Numbered from the stretch's first letter, positions 46,902 through 57,301 are shown. The stretch is DNA of 64,000 nt from a virus (IMGVR_UViG_3300035520_001286:4532-68531); one strand, 5' to 3'. A program made the numbers and translations. The notes: generated by a model from the sequence alone, not told the origin.

Positions 46902-47900
46902 TTAGATTATTCCTGTTTCAATTGTTTGCTTAATTGAGTTTTCAACCAATTCAGTACCTTCAATATCCAAATAATATAACATAGAATTTAGCATAATTTC
47001 CTTGAATTTATAAATAGTTATATTGGATACAAATTGTGTAAATTCAACAATTTCTGGATCCACAAGCATATCATTACCAATTACTTGTGTATTAAAAATC
47101 TTTTCTGCAATGTTGGTTCTTATTGCTTCAACATTTTGACCAGAAATAAAATATTGATCTATACTATTTTGTTTTGTAATTGGTTGAAGATTCAATAATG
47201 AAAGTGCCATGGACATATTTCTTGCGGATAGTGGATATTCTTCTGTTCTAACCTTACGCATTGTATTTACAACATATTTTACAACACATTCTGGAATATT
47301 TAATGTTTTTTTGCATTCTGAACTTGTAATGCTTTTTGCAATTTCGCATTCATTCTCAAATGTTGGATAATTAAAATAGAATGATACTAAACGTTGGGCA
47401 AATGATTGTGGTAACCTAACATTTCCAGCATATGAACTTTTGTTACTACAAAAAATAACTTTGAATGTGTCCTTTGCATATACGATTTTATCACCAACAG
47501 AAGTAACTGCCGTTCTGTCCAAAATGCTGTTAAACATAAGCAAAAGTTCTTGTGTTCCATGTGTTGCCTCGTCAACAATAATAATGCCACCATTTTGCAT
47601 ACATTCTGAAACTACCCCATCTACTGGGATAAGTGAACCATTTACCAACCTTAAACCTAATATCAATGAGGTTTTAGTTAATTCAGGGGAAAGCTGAACA
47701 TAATATGCTGGAACTTTATATTGTATGCTATATTTTTTAGCCAAATTCATTGCAGTTATTGTTTTGCTTGATCCAGAAGGGCCAATTAAATATATAGGAA
47801 AATTGGTGTTAACAAGCACGTTATATATTTCGCTTGCTTGTTGTTTGCATTCTTTTCCTATAAGCTTTGGAATATTATTTAAGTCTAATTGTGAGTTCAT
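46902..47900 (-). CDS. MoxR/CbbQ-type AAA+ ATPase
   Basis: Walker A GPSGSSKT, Walker B IIIVDEAT, sensor CSN, LPQSFAQRL. Confidence 0.85.
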   Translation of the reverse strand: MNSQLDLNNIPKLIGKECKQQASEIYNVLVNTNFPIYLIGPSGSSKTITAMNLAKKYSIQYKVPAYYVQLSPELTKTSLILGLRLVNGSLIPVDGVVSECMQNGGIIIVDEATHGTQELLLMFNSILDRTAVTSVGDKIVYAKDTFKVIFCSNKSSYAGNVRLPQSFAQRLVSFYFNYPTFENECEIAKSITSSECKKTLNIPECVVKYVVNTMRKVRTEEYPLSARNMSMALSLLNLQPITKQNSIDQYFISGQNVEAIRTNIAEKIFNTQVIGNDMLVDPEIVEFTQFVSNITIYKFKEIMLNSMLYYLDIEGTELVENSIKQTIETGII

Positions 47901-47943
47901 TGTTTTATTAATCCTTTATGTTTTATTAAAATCAATTCTGGTG

Positions 47944-48033
47944 TATCAGATTTTACTTCAGAGACACTTTATGCTTATTTGTTAATATTTTATTTACCTT
48001 TAGTGTGGTGTGTCACTGAAGTCATTCCATGTC
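47944..48033. promoter_or_regulatory. paired inverted box, copy H
   Basis: TATCAGATTTTACTTCAGAGACA - 44 bp - TGTCACTGAAGT. Confidence 0.7.
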
Positions 48034-48420
48034 TAATTTGTTATTTAACATTGCATGGATATTGCCTTCATCATCAACATAAGCCTCATATTTACCAGTT
48101 AGGTTGCTCATACCAATTACATTTAAAAATGATTTTAGCGAAATGCTAAATTGGGTTTGACCATGAACTTGGTGTGTGATCTTATAATCACTTGGGGTTG
48201 CCTTTGGAACAATAATAATTTCATTTGCTATATCATCATAACCAATAATACAATATTCTGGACTTACGATTTGTTTGCCAATTATTGCTGATACATAACA
48301 CGTTGTATTTACGGTTGTCCTTGTTTTACTACGCAATTTTAAAAAATTTACAAATGGAACCTTATATGTTTTTACATATGTATTATTTCTTCTTTTCATG
48401 TCGCTTGACCAAATAATCAT
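48022..48420 (-). CDS. hypothetical protein
   Basis: ORF track; AAGGAG RBS. Confidence 0.65.
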   Translation of the reverse strand: MIIWSSDMKRRNNTYVKTYKVPFVNFLKLRSKTRTTVNTTCYVSAIIGKQIVSPEYCIIGYDDIANEIIIVPKATPSDYKITHQVHGQTQFSISLKSFLNVIGMSNLTGKYEAYVDDEGNIHAMLNNKLDME

Positions 48421-48487
48421 TTTTTTGCTTACTCCTTAGGTTAATTTTATTTTTATTTTATCGCTTATTATTATAATGCTACCAGAA

Positions 48488-48577
48488 ACTTAGATTTTAA
48501 TTCTGGAGCATTTTAGGGCATAACCTATATATTTTATTTACTTATATAAAGTTATGACTCCTGAGTTAAATTAGGCA
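48488..48577. promoter_or_regulatory. paired inverted box, copy I
   Basis: TTTTAATTCTGGAGCA (ends 48510) - 44 bp - TGACTCCTGAGTTAAA. Confidence 0.6.
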
Positions 48578-48789
48578 ATTGAATTATATAGCTTTTTGAA
48601 TGTGTCATATACATCAACAATTTGTTTTTTATTTTTTTCACATTCAATTTTGCCCATATCAATGCATGCCTCTTCTTTTAGGTCTTCCACAATAATCTTT
48701 ATCTTATCAATTGCAGAAAATACACTAGCCGTAAAATCATTAATAATTTCAACTTCAACTTCTTTGTTCATTTTGCCATTCCTCTTCAT
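48571..48789 (-). CDS. hypothetical protein
   Basis: ORF track; start probably at MNKE. Confidence 0.55.
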   Translation of the reverse strand: MKRNGKMNKEVEVEIINDFTASVFSAIDKIKIIVEDLKEEACIDMGKIECEKNKKQIVDVYDTFKKLYNSIA

Positions 48790-48919
48790 CCTCTTCCATT
48801 AAACGATCAATATAATCACTATATGCTTGATCTTTAACGTCTTGTTCTTCTTCACTTATATAACCATAATAGTCATCTTTGTGAAGTCCAATCCAAGGTG
48901 CGTCTTTTACTGTTTCCAT
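48755..48919 (-). CDS. 54-aa acidic protein (not in ORF track): METVKDAPWIGLHKDDYYGYISEEEQDVKDQAYSDYIDRLMEEDEEEWQNEQRS
   Basis: AGGAGG RBS; first gene after a consensus promoter. Confidence 0.65.
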   Translation of the reverse strand: METVKDAPWIGLHKDDYYGYISEEEQDVKDQAYSDYIDRLMEEDEEEWQNEQRS

Positions 48920-48949
48920 TTTGTCCTCCTTTAAATTATTTACAATATT

Positions 48950-48978
48950 ATTATACCACGATTTTACAAATTTGTAAA
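48950..48978 (-). promoter_or_regulatory. strong sigmaA promoter with overlapping palindromic operator
   Basis: TTTACA-N17-TATAAT with extended TG; perfect palindrome TTTACAAATTTGTAAA at 48963-48978. Confidence 0.8.
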
Positions 48979-49033
48979 CCGTTTTTAAGCTATTTTTAAA
49001 AATTTTTTACTAATTTGTAAATATTTTTTTTAA

Positions 49034-49071
49034 AATAAAAGGAATAATCTTTTTTTGACTATTCCTTTATT
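49034..49071 (-). terminator. intrinsic terminator
   Basis: AAAGGAATA / TATTCCTTT inverted repeat after the 161-aa gene, T-rich downstream on the minus strand. Confidence 0.55.
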
Positions 49072-49087
49072 GTCTTTTATTTAATTA

Positions 49088-49573
49088 TTAGAAATCCCAT
49101 TCATCATCGTCTGAATCATCATTTTTATTATTTTGATCTTCATTAGATGAATCGTCTCCCCAATCATCTTCTTCTTCAACTTCTTTCTTACTCTTAAGTT
49201 TATCATTTTCAGTTTCTTCAGAATCTCCCCAATCGTCATCTTGGAGCTGTTCTTTTACTGTTTCAACCTGCTTCTTTTTACGTGTTCTCTTATGTTTATT
49301 TTCAAGTACTTCGTTTGCAGCTTCTTCGGCCTTTTTTTCAACTTCTGTCGTATCATTTACGACTTCTTCATCACCAAACTTGTCTACTTCAACATTTCCT
49401 CTAAGCATACCTTCAACCTTTTTTGCTGTGATATCTTCAGGAAGTGCCTTGACAATTTGCTCAGGAGTTGCTACTGAAAACAAAGGATAACGTTTAATTA
49501 CGTCAATTTTTGCCTCAATATCATTTCCTTTCAAAACTTCAAGTGCCTCAACTACAGAATAATTTTTTGCCAT
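49088..49573 (-). CDS. hypothetical protein with acidic Trp-containing tail repeats
   Basis: DDDWGD, EDDWGDD and terminal DDDEWDF. Confidence 0.65.
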   Translation of the reverse strand: MAKNYSVVEALEVLKGNDIEAKIDVIKRYPLFSVATPEQIVKALPEDITAKKVEGMLRGNVEVDKFGDEEVVNDTTEVEKKAEEAANEVLENKHKRTRKKKQVETVKEQLQDDDWGDSEETENDKLKSKKEVEEEDDWGDDSSNEDQNNKNDDSDDDEWDF

Positions 49574-49574
49574 T

Positions 49575-49775
49575 TTATTTGTTCTCCTTCTTAATTTTTA
49601 ATTCTCTTAAAATTTCTAATGTTCTTTCATAAAACATTGACTTTTCTGTTTTAATAATATCAGAATTAATTGGTGCAACATAGTCGCCTTTATTTTTTTC
49701 TAACTCTTTTATCTTGGTCGCAGTAATTTTTGCTTGTTCTCTTACTTTTTCAATTGCTTCTTGATAGATATCCAT
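49575..49775 (-). CDS. hypothetical protein
   Basis: ORF track. Confidence 0.6.
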   Translation of the reverse strand: MDIYQEAIEKVREQAKITATKIKELEKNKGDYVAPINSDIIKTEKSMFYERTLEILRELKIKKENK

Positions 49776-49784
49776 AAATAAACC

Positions 49785-50108
49785 TTATACAATATTCACA
49801 ATTTTCACTACAATTGTTTTCTGAATGAATCTTGTAGTATCAATTGAAGCAATGTTATTGCAAAACGTTTCTAATTCAAGTTTTGCTTCGCCTTCACCAT
49901 CAACATTTAATTTTTTAAACTTTGCTTGAGGAATTACATCAGTTTTTCCTTCACATTCAATTGCACATTTGCATTGCTCATTAATAAGCATTAATGTACT
50001 ACTATAATTTGCAATTTCATTAAATGGAAACTTAAAACGAATTACACTAATTCCGTCTTGCCGAGTACTTACTCCATTAAATGCTCCGACTGCTTTAATT
50101 TTTACCAT
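49785..50108 (-). CDS. hypothetical protein
   Basis: ORF track; GGAGG RBS. Confidence 0.65.
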   Translation of the reverse strand: MVKIKAVGAFNGVSTRQDGISVIRFKFPFNEIANYSSTLMLINEQCKCAIECEGKTDVIPQAKFKKLNVDGEGEAKLELETFCNNIASIDTTRFIQKTIVVKIVNIV

Positions 50109-50568
50109 TTTTACCTCCTGAATATAATTTATCGCTTTGTTTTTTCATTTTATTTTTTATAGCAATTCTATTTTTGCTTGAAGCGATTTTTGTTTTTTCT
50201 TTTGTATCATTTACAATATTTATTATACTATCATTTTCCTTTTTTATTCTTTCATCTAAAACCAAATTTTTATAAATGATCTCTAAATCCTCAAGCCTCA
50301 TAGTCAACAAAATTGGACCATTCATAAATTGATTTATAAATAATGGAGTTTTATGACTAACTGAAGCATGATAAAATAATTTATTTAAATCTTCTAATTT
50401 AAATGTAATTTGTGAAGCTTCAGTTGATTTGAATTGACTTAAGATAAACTCATTCTTTGCATCTTCTTTATAAATCCAATTATTACCACTTCCAGGTTGC
50501 CTTTGTAACCCTAACAATTCGCAAAGTTTCTTTTCGTTTTCAAACCAAAATTTTGGATTTCTTTTCAT
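50095..50568 (-). CDS. PD-(D/E)XK-fold nuclease / Hjc-like resolvase candidate
   Basis: FE..LC....RQPGSG...KED...SQFKST pattern. Confidence 0.5.
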   Translation of the reverse strand: MKRNPKFWFENEKKLCELLGLQRQPGSGNNWIYKEDAKNEFILSQFKSTEASQITFKLEDLNKLFYHASVSHKTPLFINQFMNGPILLTMRLEDLEIIYKNLVLDERIKKENDSIINIVNDTKEKTKIASSKNRIAIKNKMKKQSDKLYSGGKNGKN

Positions 50569-50569
50569 C

Positions 50570-51091
50570 TTAATGTTCTTCCTTTAAGATTCCTTTTTTT
50601 AACCATTTTTTTCCTTCTAACAAATAAATTGCTTGACATATAGCATCAGTTTCATCATCATTTTTTCCAATATCCTCACCAAACCTTTGATGCACATATC
50701 TGACAGAAACGCCCTTGTCCGCATTGTGTATACCATGAGAATTGCCACAAACGTGGGATTTCCAACTTCTTGTGTCATAACTATATACCTTTTGTGGCCA
50801 AACAGAATCTACTATTGTTGCAATCAAAGTAGAATGGGCTACTATTGTTGCCATAGAAATATTTCCTTGTGAAAATAATCTAACTCTTTCTACACCTATT
50901 ACATTAGGATGAAATTTCTCAATAATGTGTTTTACCAACCTTGAGACAAATGCACGTTTTTCAGTTTTACTTTTTAAACCTTTATAGTTATAACTTCTAA
51001 CTAGCAATATTTTTGCATTATCTATAGAATCTCCTTCTACAACAGCAACTCCTATATTAGTAAAACTTTGATCTATCCCCAATGCTATCAT
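50570..51091 (-). CDS. RuvC-like Holliday junction resolvase
   Basis: ALGIDQSFTNIG, IGVERV, WKSHV.G, DDETDAI. Confidence 0.8.
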   Translation of the reverse strand: MIALGIDQSFTNIGVAVVEGDSIDNAKILLVRSYNYKGLKSKTEKRAFVSRLVKHIIEKFHPNVIGVERVRLFSQGNISMATIVAHSTLIATIVDSVWPQKVYSYDTRSWKSHVCGNSHGIHNADKGVSVRYVHQRFGEDIGKNDDETDAICQAIYLLEGKKWLKKGILKEEH

Positions 51092-51909
51092 TTAATACCT
51101 TCTATTTTATAATACATAACTTCAATGTTTTTTGTTTTTTTACCATTACCTGGCTTGATTTTTGTCATTTCACGTAATTCAACATAAGGTAAATTAACAT
51201 TATTATCTAATATATCAGTATATAATATATCACAACCATTATTTAATAATTTTCTATAATTATTTTCTCCAATAGATTGTGTGCCATTATACCAAATATC
51301 AGTTTTTTCATATGGAGGATCTAAAAACATTAAACAATCTTTTGGTTTAACATTTTGTATATTTAATTTTTTAAAGAAATCTTTGTAATCTAAATTATAA
51401 ATTTCTATATTTTTAAAACTATTATGAATTTTATTATATTGTTCTTTTGTCAAAATTCTATCGTTTATTCTATTACCATAACTTGAATTAAATCCATTTA
51501 GACCACATCTAAACATAGAATTTATACAAGCATAAGAAATATAATATAAATAAAAACTTTCATAAAAAGTTCCGCTACCATAATATTTTTTATTCATATA
51601 ATTTCTAAAATTATAATAAGCATTTTTATCCTTTAATAACATTAATGAGCTACTATAATCATCAACAAATTTTTTATATTGCCAATAATCATAAATTTTA
51701 AACCCATTCAATATTTTAATTAAATCTTTATTTGCATCGTTTATGTAAACTTTATCAAACATATTGCCAAAATTTACTGAAATAGAAGCTGAGCCACAAA
51801 ATGGCTCAACTAATATTTTCTTTTTAGTTTTAGAAATATATTGTTCTACTATGGGTAAATATTTATATTTGCAGCCAACATACTTAATTATTCTTATATA
51901 ATTACTCAT
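51088..51909 (-). CDS. Dam-like (D12 class) N6-adenine DNA methyltransferase
   Basis: KYVGCK, VEPFCGSASI, FLDPPY. Confidence 0.85.
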   Translation of the reverse strand: MSNYIRIIKYVGCKYKYLPIVEQYISKTKKKILVEPFCGSASISVNFGNMFDKVYINDANKDLIKILNGFKIYDYWQYKKFVDDYSSSLMLLKDKNAYYNFRNYMNKKYYGSGTFYESFYLYYISYACINSMFRCGLNGFNSSYGNRINDRILTKEQYNKIHNSFKNIEIYNLDYKDFFKKLNIQNVKPKDCLMFLDPPYEKTDIWYNGTQSIGENNYRKLLNNGCDILYTDILDNNVNLPYVELREMTKIKPGNGKKTKNIEVMYYKIEGIK

Positions 51910-52648
51910 TGTTTTTACTTATTGCTTCACTTATTCTTTGTTTTGCAATATCATAATACTTCTTTTCTAATTCAAAACCTATGAATTTTCTTTTAGTATT
52001 AATACAAGCAACTCCAGTAGATCCACTGCCCATACAATTATCTAAAACTAAATCATTTTCATTTGTATAAGTTTTAATTAAATATTCTAATAATTCTACT
52101 GGTTTTTGTGTTGGATGCTTTCTGCCAATATTTGGATTAGAAAATTCTAATAAATTGTCTGGATAATGTAAACCATCAAGCGAACCATTAAATTTTATAT
52201 GCTTAATATTCCATTTACCTTGAGAATTTTTATATTCTGCTTTTCTTTGTGAAGCTCCCCATACTTTACCTTTATACATTTGAGGATTATATGTTGGTTT
52301 CTTTTTATAAAATATACTAATAGTTTCTATACGAAAATATGGTTGATATTTTAAATTTAAAAAATTACTACCTAATGATTTATGCCAATAATAATCATAC
52401 TTATACCATGAGGTATTGCTTAATCTTAAATGACAAGCAAATAATCTATCACCAAATAAAGCTATACAACCATTATCTTTTATTATTCTTTTATACTGCT
52501 CCCATAATTTATCAAAAGGAATAATTATATCCCATTTACATGCAGTAGTTCCATAAGGTAAATCACAGAGTATCATATCAATAGACTTATCTGGAATTTC
52601 TTTCATTAATTCTAAGCAATCGCCACATTTTATATAATTCGTTTTCAT
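51902..52648 (-). CDS. N4-C/N6-A DNA methyltransferase (beta class)
   Basis: DMILCDLPYG, HPTQKPVELL, VLDNCMGSGSTG, FIGFEL. Confidence 0.9.
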   Translation of the reverse strand: MKTNYIKCGDCLELMKEIPDKSIDMILCDLPYGTTACKWDIIIPFDKLWEQYKRIIKDNGCIALFGDRLFACHLRLSNTSWYKYDYYWHKSLGSNFLNLKYQPYFRIETISIFYKKKPTYNPQMYKGKVWGASQRKAEYKNSQGKWNIKHIKFNGSLDGLHYPDNLLEFSNPNIGRKHPTQKPVELLEYLIKTYTNENDLVLDNCMGSGSTGVACINTKRKFIGFELEKKYYDIAKQRISEAISKNNE

Positions 52649-53436
52649 TATTTTTGTTTTACAGTTGCAGTTGTCGCACCACTTCCAGTAAAACTTCCAA
52701 CCTTAATCTTTTCCCTTTTTATATTCCAACAAGCATCATGGTATGCACAACCTAATGATCTTTTACAACTTTCTTTATCACAACATCTCATAGGAAGCGT
52801 GCCTTCTTCTTCAAACTTCTTTCTCAAAGCTTTTACTTTAACCATTCGTTCTACATAAGGCCTTGCCTTTTCAGAATCATACTCATATGGAAATATTTTA
52901 ATGTTTTGATTATTTTTGTCCTCACATAATACAAAACCGTGAGGGATCCCAGACATGTGCATATATAATTGCAATTGTTTTTCACCATGGGGATGAGAAA
53001 TCATATTGTTAAATTGCATTGTATTTACTGATTTAATTTCAACTACATATAATTTTGTCCCGAGTTTAATAATAGCATCAGGCGTATACAATAATCCCCA
53101 TTCTTCTGATTCCCCTCTTTGTTCTACACCAACTGCAATGCCTGCTTGCATAAACATTTTTTGCCATTTCTCATGTACATACCAACCATTAAGAAAAATG
53201 CGTTTTAATCCAATTGGAATTTTTGGTTCGCTTCCTTTATAATAAAAACTAAGTATTGCTTGACGATAGCACCATTCAGAGTCAGATGCTACTAAACCAG
53301 AACCATGTAACATTACACGATCTTCCCTATTTTCATCATCTGTGTAAAATAAATTATTTAATTTTGTTTCTATTAGCAATGTATCAGTTTTTGGCAAATT
53401 TGTTTTTAATAAAGCATCCTTAAGTTCACTATCCAT
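52648..53436 (-). CDS. Cas4-like PD-(D/E)XK exonuclease with Fe-S ligands
   Basis: WCYRQ, TPDAII, VVEIKS, QLQLYM, C-terminal C..C...C.YHDAC. Confidence 0.8.
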   Translation of the reverse strand: MDSELKDALLKTNLPKTDTLLIETKLNNLFYTDDENREDRVMLHGSGLVASDSEWCYRQAILSFYYKGSEPKIPIGLKRIFLNGWYVHEKWQKMFMQAGIAVGVEQRGESEEWGLLYTPDAIIKLGTKLYVVEIKSVNTMQFNNMISHPHGEKQLQLYMHMSGIPHGFVLCEDKNNQNIKIFPYEYDSEKARPYVERMVKVKALRKKFEEEGTLPMRCCDKESCKRSLGCAYHDACWNIKREKIKVGSFTGSGATTATVKQK

Positions 53437-53483
53437 ATTTATATTCCTTTTTATTTTATTATACTTTTGGGATTTTATCTTTA

Positions 53484-54542
53484 TTACTCAAAATCTTCTT
53501 TTTGCTCACCAATAGTTTTTACTAAATCACTATCCCAATCGTCTTCATCATTGTTCTCTAATTCATCTTGAGCTTCCAGATTGTCACCAGAGTCATCAGA
53601 AGCATTTTGTTTATTATTTATTTTGGCTTCTTCTTTTTGTTTCTGGATCAATTCTTTTCTTATCTTATCAACATCATCATATGAGACAAATCCTCTATCA
53701 AAAAATATAGGAAGTTCACATTCACCTAAAGGATTACAAACTTTAGATTTAACTACTTTTACTTTTATAATAATTCCAACAATTAGCTCCTTTGCTGAAT
53801 TTGAAATATTATATTTATTTGGAATTTTAATATATTCTACTCTATTTACTTGCATTCTAATAGAACAATAATGTTTTAACGCTCTACCACCAGGGGTATG
53901 AGTTGTAGGACCAAACATCATTGCATTCATTTCATCTCTAAGCTGATTTATGAATATCCAAGTTGTTCCTTTATCTTCAGCCTTGTGAACTATTTTAGGA
54001 AGCTTAGAAGTTAATAATGCAGCAATTCTGCCCCTTTGCCCTTCTTTCTCAAAATCATTTTCTTCAAACTCTTTCCTTGTAATAAGTGAAGGTACAGAAT
54101 CAACAACAACCATATCACCACCAGCAATTGTAAACACATAACCTTCATGTAAAGCATCTTCACCAACTTCAGCTCTTGAAATAAATAATTGTCCAGGTTT
54201 ATTACCAAAAACTTTTGCGCGTTCTGAATCAAATGTACCTTCAATTGGAATATCCATTGCAGTTTCACATTGTGCCATTAAATGATATGCCAATGTTGTT
54301 TTACCAGCAGATTCAGGGCCAAATATTTCAATAATTCTACCTTTTGGTAATCCACCACCTAAAATATTGTCAAGATCTTCTATTCCTGTAGATATTCTTG
54401 GAATTTGTTTAATTTCAGATTTTGAACCTAAAGTATAAACAGTATCTTGCCCATATTTAGCATTTAATGAATCAATTGCTAATTGTATATTCTTTTCTTT
54501 TGTTGCTCTTTTGTCTGGTTTAAATTCTGTACTTTTAGCCAT
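53484..54542 (-). CDS. recA: RecA-family recombinase
   Basis: GGGLPKGRIIEIFGPESAGKTTL, VVVDSVPSL, FINQLRD, PGGRALKHY. Confidence 0.92.
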   Translation of the reverse strand: MAKSTEFKPDKRATKEKNIQLAIDSLNAKYGQDTVYTLGSKSEIKQIPRISTGIEDLDNILGGGLPKGRIIEIFGPESAGKTTLAYHLMAQCETAMDIPIEGTFDSERAKVFGNKPGQLFISRAEVGEDALHEGYVFTIAGGDMVVVDSVPSLITRKEFEENDFEKEGQRGRIAALLTSKLPKIVHKAEDKGTTWIFINQLRDEMNAMMFGPTTHTPGGRALKHYCSIRMQVNRVEYIKIPNKYNISNSAKELIVGIIIKVKVVKSKVCNPLGECELPIFFDRGFVSYDDVDKIRKELIQKQKEEAKINNKQNASDDSGDNLEAQDELENNDEDDWDSDLVKTIGEQKEDFE

Positions 54543-54550
54543 ATATTACC

Positions 54551-57301
54551 TCAAATAAAATTTTTATTTACTAAACTTCTATTATACAATAAATTTCTTC
54601 TATACCAAAGTTTGTCGTTAAATTCCAAACACCCTTGTTCTTTTAATATTGAAATTACTTTTGAAGTTATTGCTCTACTATTTCCACTTTCCTTTATTTT
54701 ATCTTCAAAATCAGGAAAATCAATGTATGGACTATTTTCAAAAATTATTTGAGCAGCTTTTTCTCCTATTCCTTTAATTGAACTTAACCCACATTGAATT
54801 ACTTTACCACCACCATATTCTACAATCTTAAAATTTGCAGGCCCATTTACATGAGGTAACATTATTACACAACCAGATTTAACAGCCTCTGACTTATATT
54901 TCTCTATTTTTAAATCATCATATGTAACTTTAAGTTTATTTTCCCAAAACTCTAATGGATAATTTAATTTGAAAAACATTTCTTCTATTGAAATTAATGA
55001 ATATCCAACGGCATGTCCTTTATTAAATGAATAGTTGAAAAAATTGTTATATAAATTTTCGGCTTCAACCAAATTTACTCCATTATTTTTTGCACCATTT
55101 AAAAATATCTTTTTATATTTTTCAAAATCTTGGACGAATTGTGAATGCGTTCCACCTTTTGCAGTTCCATTAGGATCCATTTTAATAATCTTGTCTGCCT
55201 GTCCCCAATCCATATTACCAATATTTACACATAATTGCATAATCTGTTCCTGATATATTACAGTTCCATAACTATCCTTTGTATATTGATAATAACATTC
55301 ATTTTTAGCATTATTTATATTTTGTTTATTTTGTGCATAAATTTTATGCATTTTTAAACTTAATGGCCCAGGTCTATTCATAGCGTTGGTAGCAACAATA
55401 TCACCAAAACTATCACAATCAATATCATTTAACATATTCTTTGCAGCTGATTTTTCAAACTGGAAAATTCCATCAGTATTACCATTTTTAAACGCTTTTA
55501 ATATGTTCTCATCTTCAGTCCATTGTTCATTTTTTCCAATTCCTTCTATGTGCGTTAATCTTCTCAATTGACCAAGTTCTTCCATCGTACTAAGACCAAG
55601 AATATCAAATTTAATAATATGAATTTTCTCTAAATCAGCCAAATCATATGAAGAATAAAGCTTTCCAGTTTTTTTATCTTCTTTAATTGCAGTATAATCT
55701 AATAAATCTCCACCTGTAATAGCAACCCCAGCAGCATGCGTTCCTATAAAACGTACTTTTTGATATAGCAATGTAAAATGTTTAATAATATTATTATATA
55801 AACCATTATATAACATATATTTTTTATCTTTTTTCAATCCGATTAAATCTAATTCATTTTCAGTAACATATTGATTTATATAAGATTTTATATTTGCAAT
55901 TTCAATTTTATTATTTTTTCTAATGTCCTCATCAACTTTCACATCAGTTGGCAAACCACAAACTTTCGTAAGATCATTTATTAGGTTATCGACTTTATAC
56001 AGCCCATAGCTACAAATTTGACATGCTTTACCTTTATACTTAGTTGTCAAATATTCCATAACCTCTTCACGTCTTGCTGTTTCGAAATCTATATCAATAT
56101 CAGGCATTTTCACTTTATCTTTTCTTAAAAAACGCCTAAAATCTAATCCAAATTTAATACTATCAACATCAGTAATTCCTAACGCATAATTAACTAAAGA
56201 ATTACAACCAGAACCTCTTCCAGGTCCAACAGTTATCCCATTTGATTTTGCCCAATTAACATAATCTTGAACCATTAGAAAATAATCTTCAAAATGCAAT
56301 GTTTTAATTACGTCTAATTCTTCTTTTGCTCTATTAATATATTCCTTTGTATATTTCCCTCTTTTCTTTAATCCATTTTTTACATATTCGACTAAATACT
56401 CAAATGAACTTTTTTCTTTACCTTCAGAAAAATCGGGAAGTGAAGTCGTTAATTGATCTAAGATATCATTATCAACCTTATCTTCAATTTCCTTCAAATT
56501 GTTGATCATCCATGTACCTAACCTCTCAATATTGGAAAAATCATTTTTATGCATTTTAATGAATCTTTGTTTCATTTCATTATCGCTTGGCATATATCTT
56601 TCAGAATATGTATTTCTAATCATATTAATATCATGCCCAGAAATTTCATGCATTTTCAAATAAGTATCAAAATCTTCTTTTTTTCCATAATGCGAATCAG
56701 AAGTCAGGATACATTTAATGTGTAATTTTTTTGCAAGTTTAATTGATTCAATATTAACTTTTTCTTGCATTCCAACTTCTGATACAGTATATGGCTGAAC
56801 TTCAATATAAAAATCATCACCAAATAATCCAACCATCTTAACTAAATATTTTTCTGCAATGTCAAGTCTATCATTTAAAATACTTTTGGCTAAAAAACTT
56901 GCAACACAAGCACTTGTACAAATTAGTCCTTCACGATAATTTTCTAATTCTTTAAATGTTACAATAGGCTTATAATATGTTTGAGTTGAAGCTATTGTGC
57001 ATATTTGATTTAAATTATGATAGCCTTGTTTATTTTTAGCAAATAAACACAAATGATAATATGGTTTATCATTATCTACTTTTGGTTTAAAATAAATTTC
57101 ACACCCCATAACTGGCTTTATTCCGGCTTCTTTACAAGCATAATAATGCTTAACTAAGCCATTCACGACACCATGTTCTGACATCCCTAATGCAGTATGT
57201 CCTAACTCTTTAGCTATTTGAACCAAACGTTCTTGATTATCTGAACCATCAAACGCAGACCACATACTATGTCTATGTAAATCCATATTTTTAATATCCA
57301 A
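54551..57301 (-). CDS. dnaE: DNA polymerase III alpha subunit (DnaE, PHP domain)
   Basis: DLHRHS, GPGRGSG, MPDIDIDF, HAAGV, KFDILGL, YSFNKGHA; TTG start. Confidence 0.93.
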   Translation of the reverse strand: MDIKNMDLHRHSMWSAFDGSDNQERLVQIAKELGHTALGMSEHGVVNGLVKHYYACKEAGIKPVMGCEIYFKPKVDNDKPYYHLCLFAKNKQGYHNLNQICTIASTQTYYKPIVTFKELENYREGLICTSACVASFLAKSILNDRLDIAEKYLVKMVGLFGDDFYIEVQPYTVSEVGMQEKVNIESIKLAKKLHIKCILTSDSHYGKKEDFDTYLKMHEISGHDINMIRNTYSERYMPSDNEMKQRFIKMHKNDFSNIERLGTWMINNLKEIEDKVDNDILDQLTTSLPDFSEGKEKSSFEYLVEYVKNGLKKRGKYTKEYINRAKEELDVIKTLHFEDYFLMVQDYVNWAKSNGITVGPGRGSGCNSLVNYALGITDVDSIKFGLDFRRFLRKDKVKMPDIDIDFETARREEVMEYLTTKYKGKACQICSYGLYKVDNLINDLTKVCGLPTDVKVDEDIRKNNKIEIANIKSYINQYVTENELDLIGLKKDKKYMLYNGLYNNIIKHFTLLYQKVRFIGTHAAGVAITGGDLLDYTAIKEDKKTGKLYSSYDLADLEKIHIIKFDILGLSTMEELGQLRRLTHIEGIGKNEQWTEDENILKAFKNGNTDGIFQFEKSAAKNMLNDIDCDSFGDIVATNAMNRPGPLSLKMHKIYAQNKQNINNAKNECYYQYTKDSYGTVIYQEQIMQLCVNIGNMDWGQADKIIKMDPNGTAKGGTHSQFVQDFEKYKKIFLNGAKNNGVNLVEAENLYNNFFNYSFNKGHAVGYSLISIEEMFFKLNYPLEFWENKLKVTYDDLKIEKYKSEAVKSGCVIMLPHVNGPANFKIVEYGGGKVIQCGLSSIKGIGEKAAQIIFENSPYIDFPDFEDKIKESGNSRAITSKVISILKEQGCLEFNDKLWYRRNLLYNRSLVNKNFI

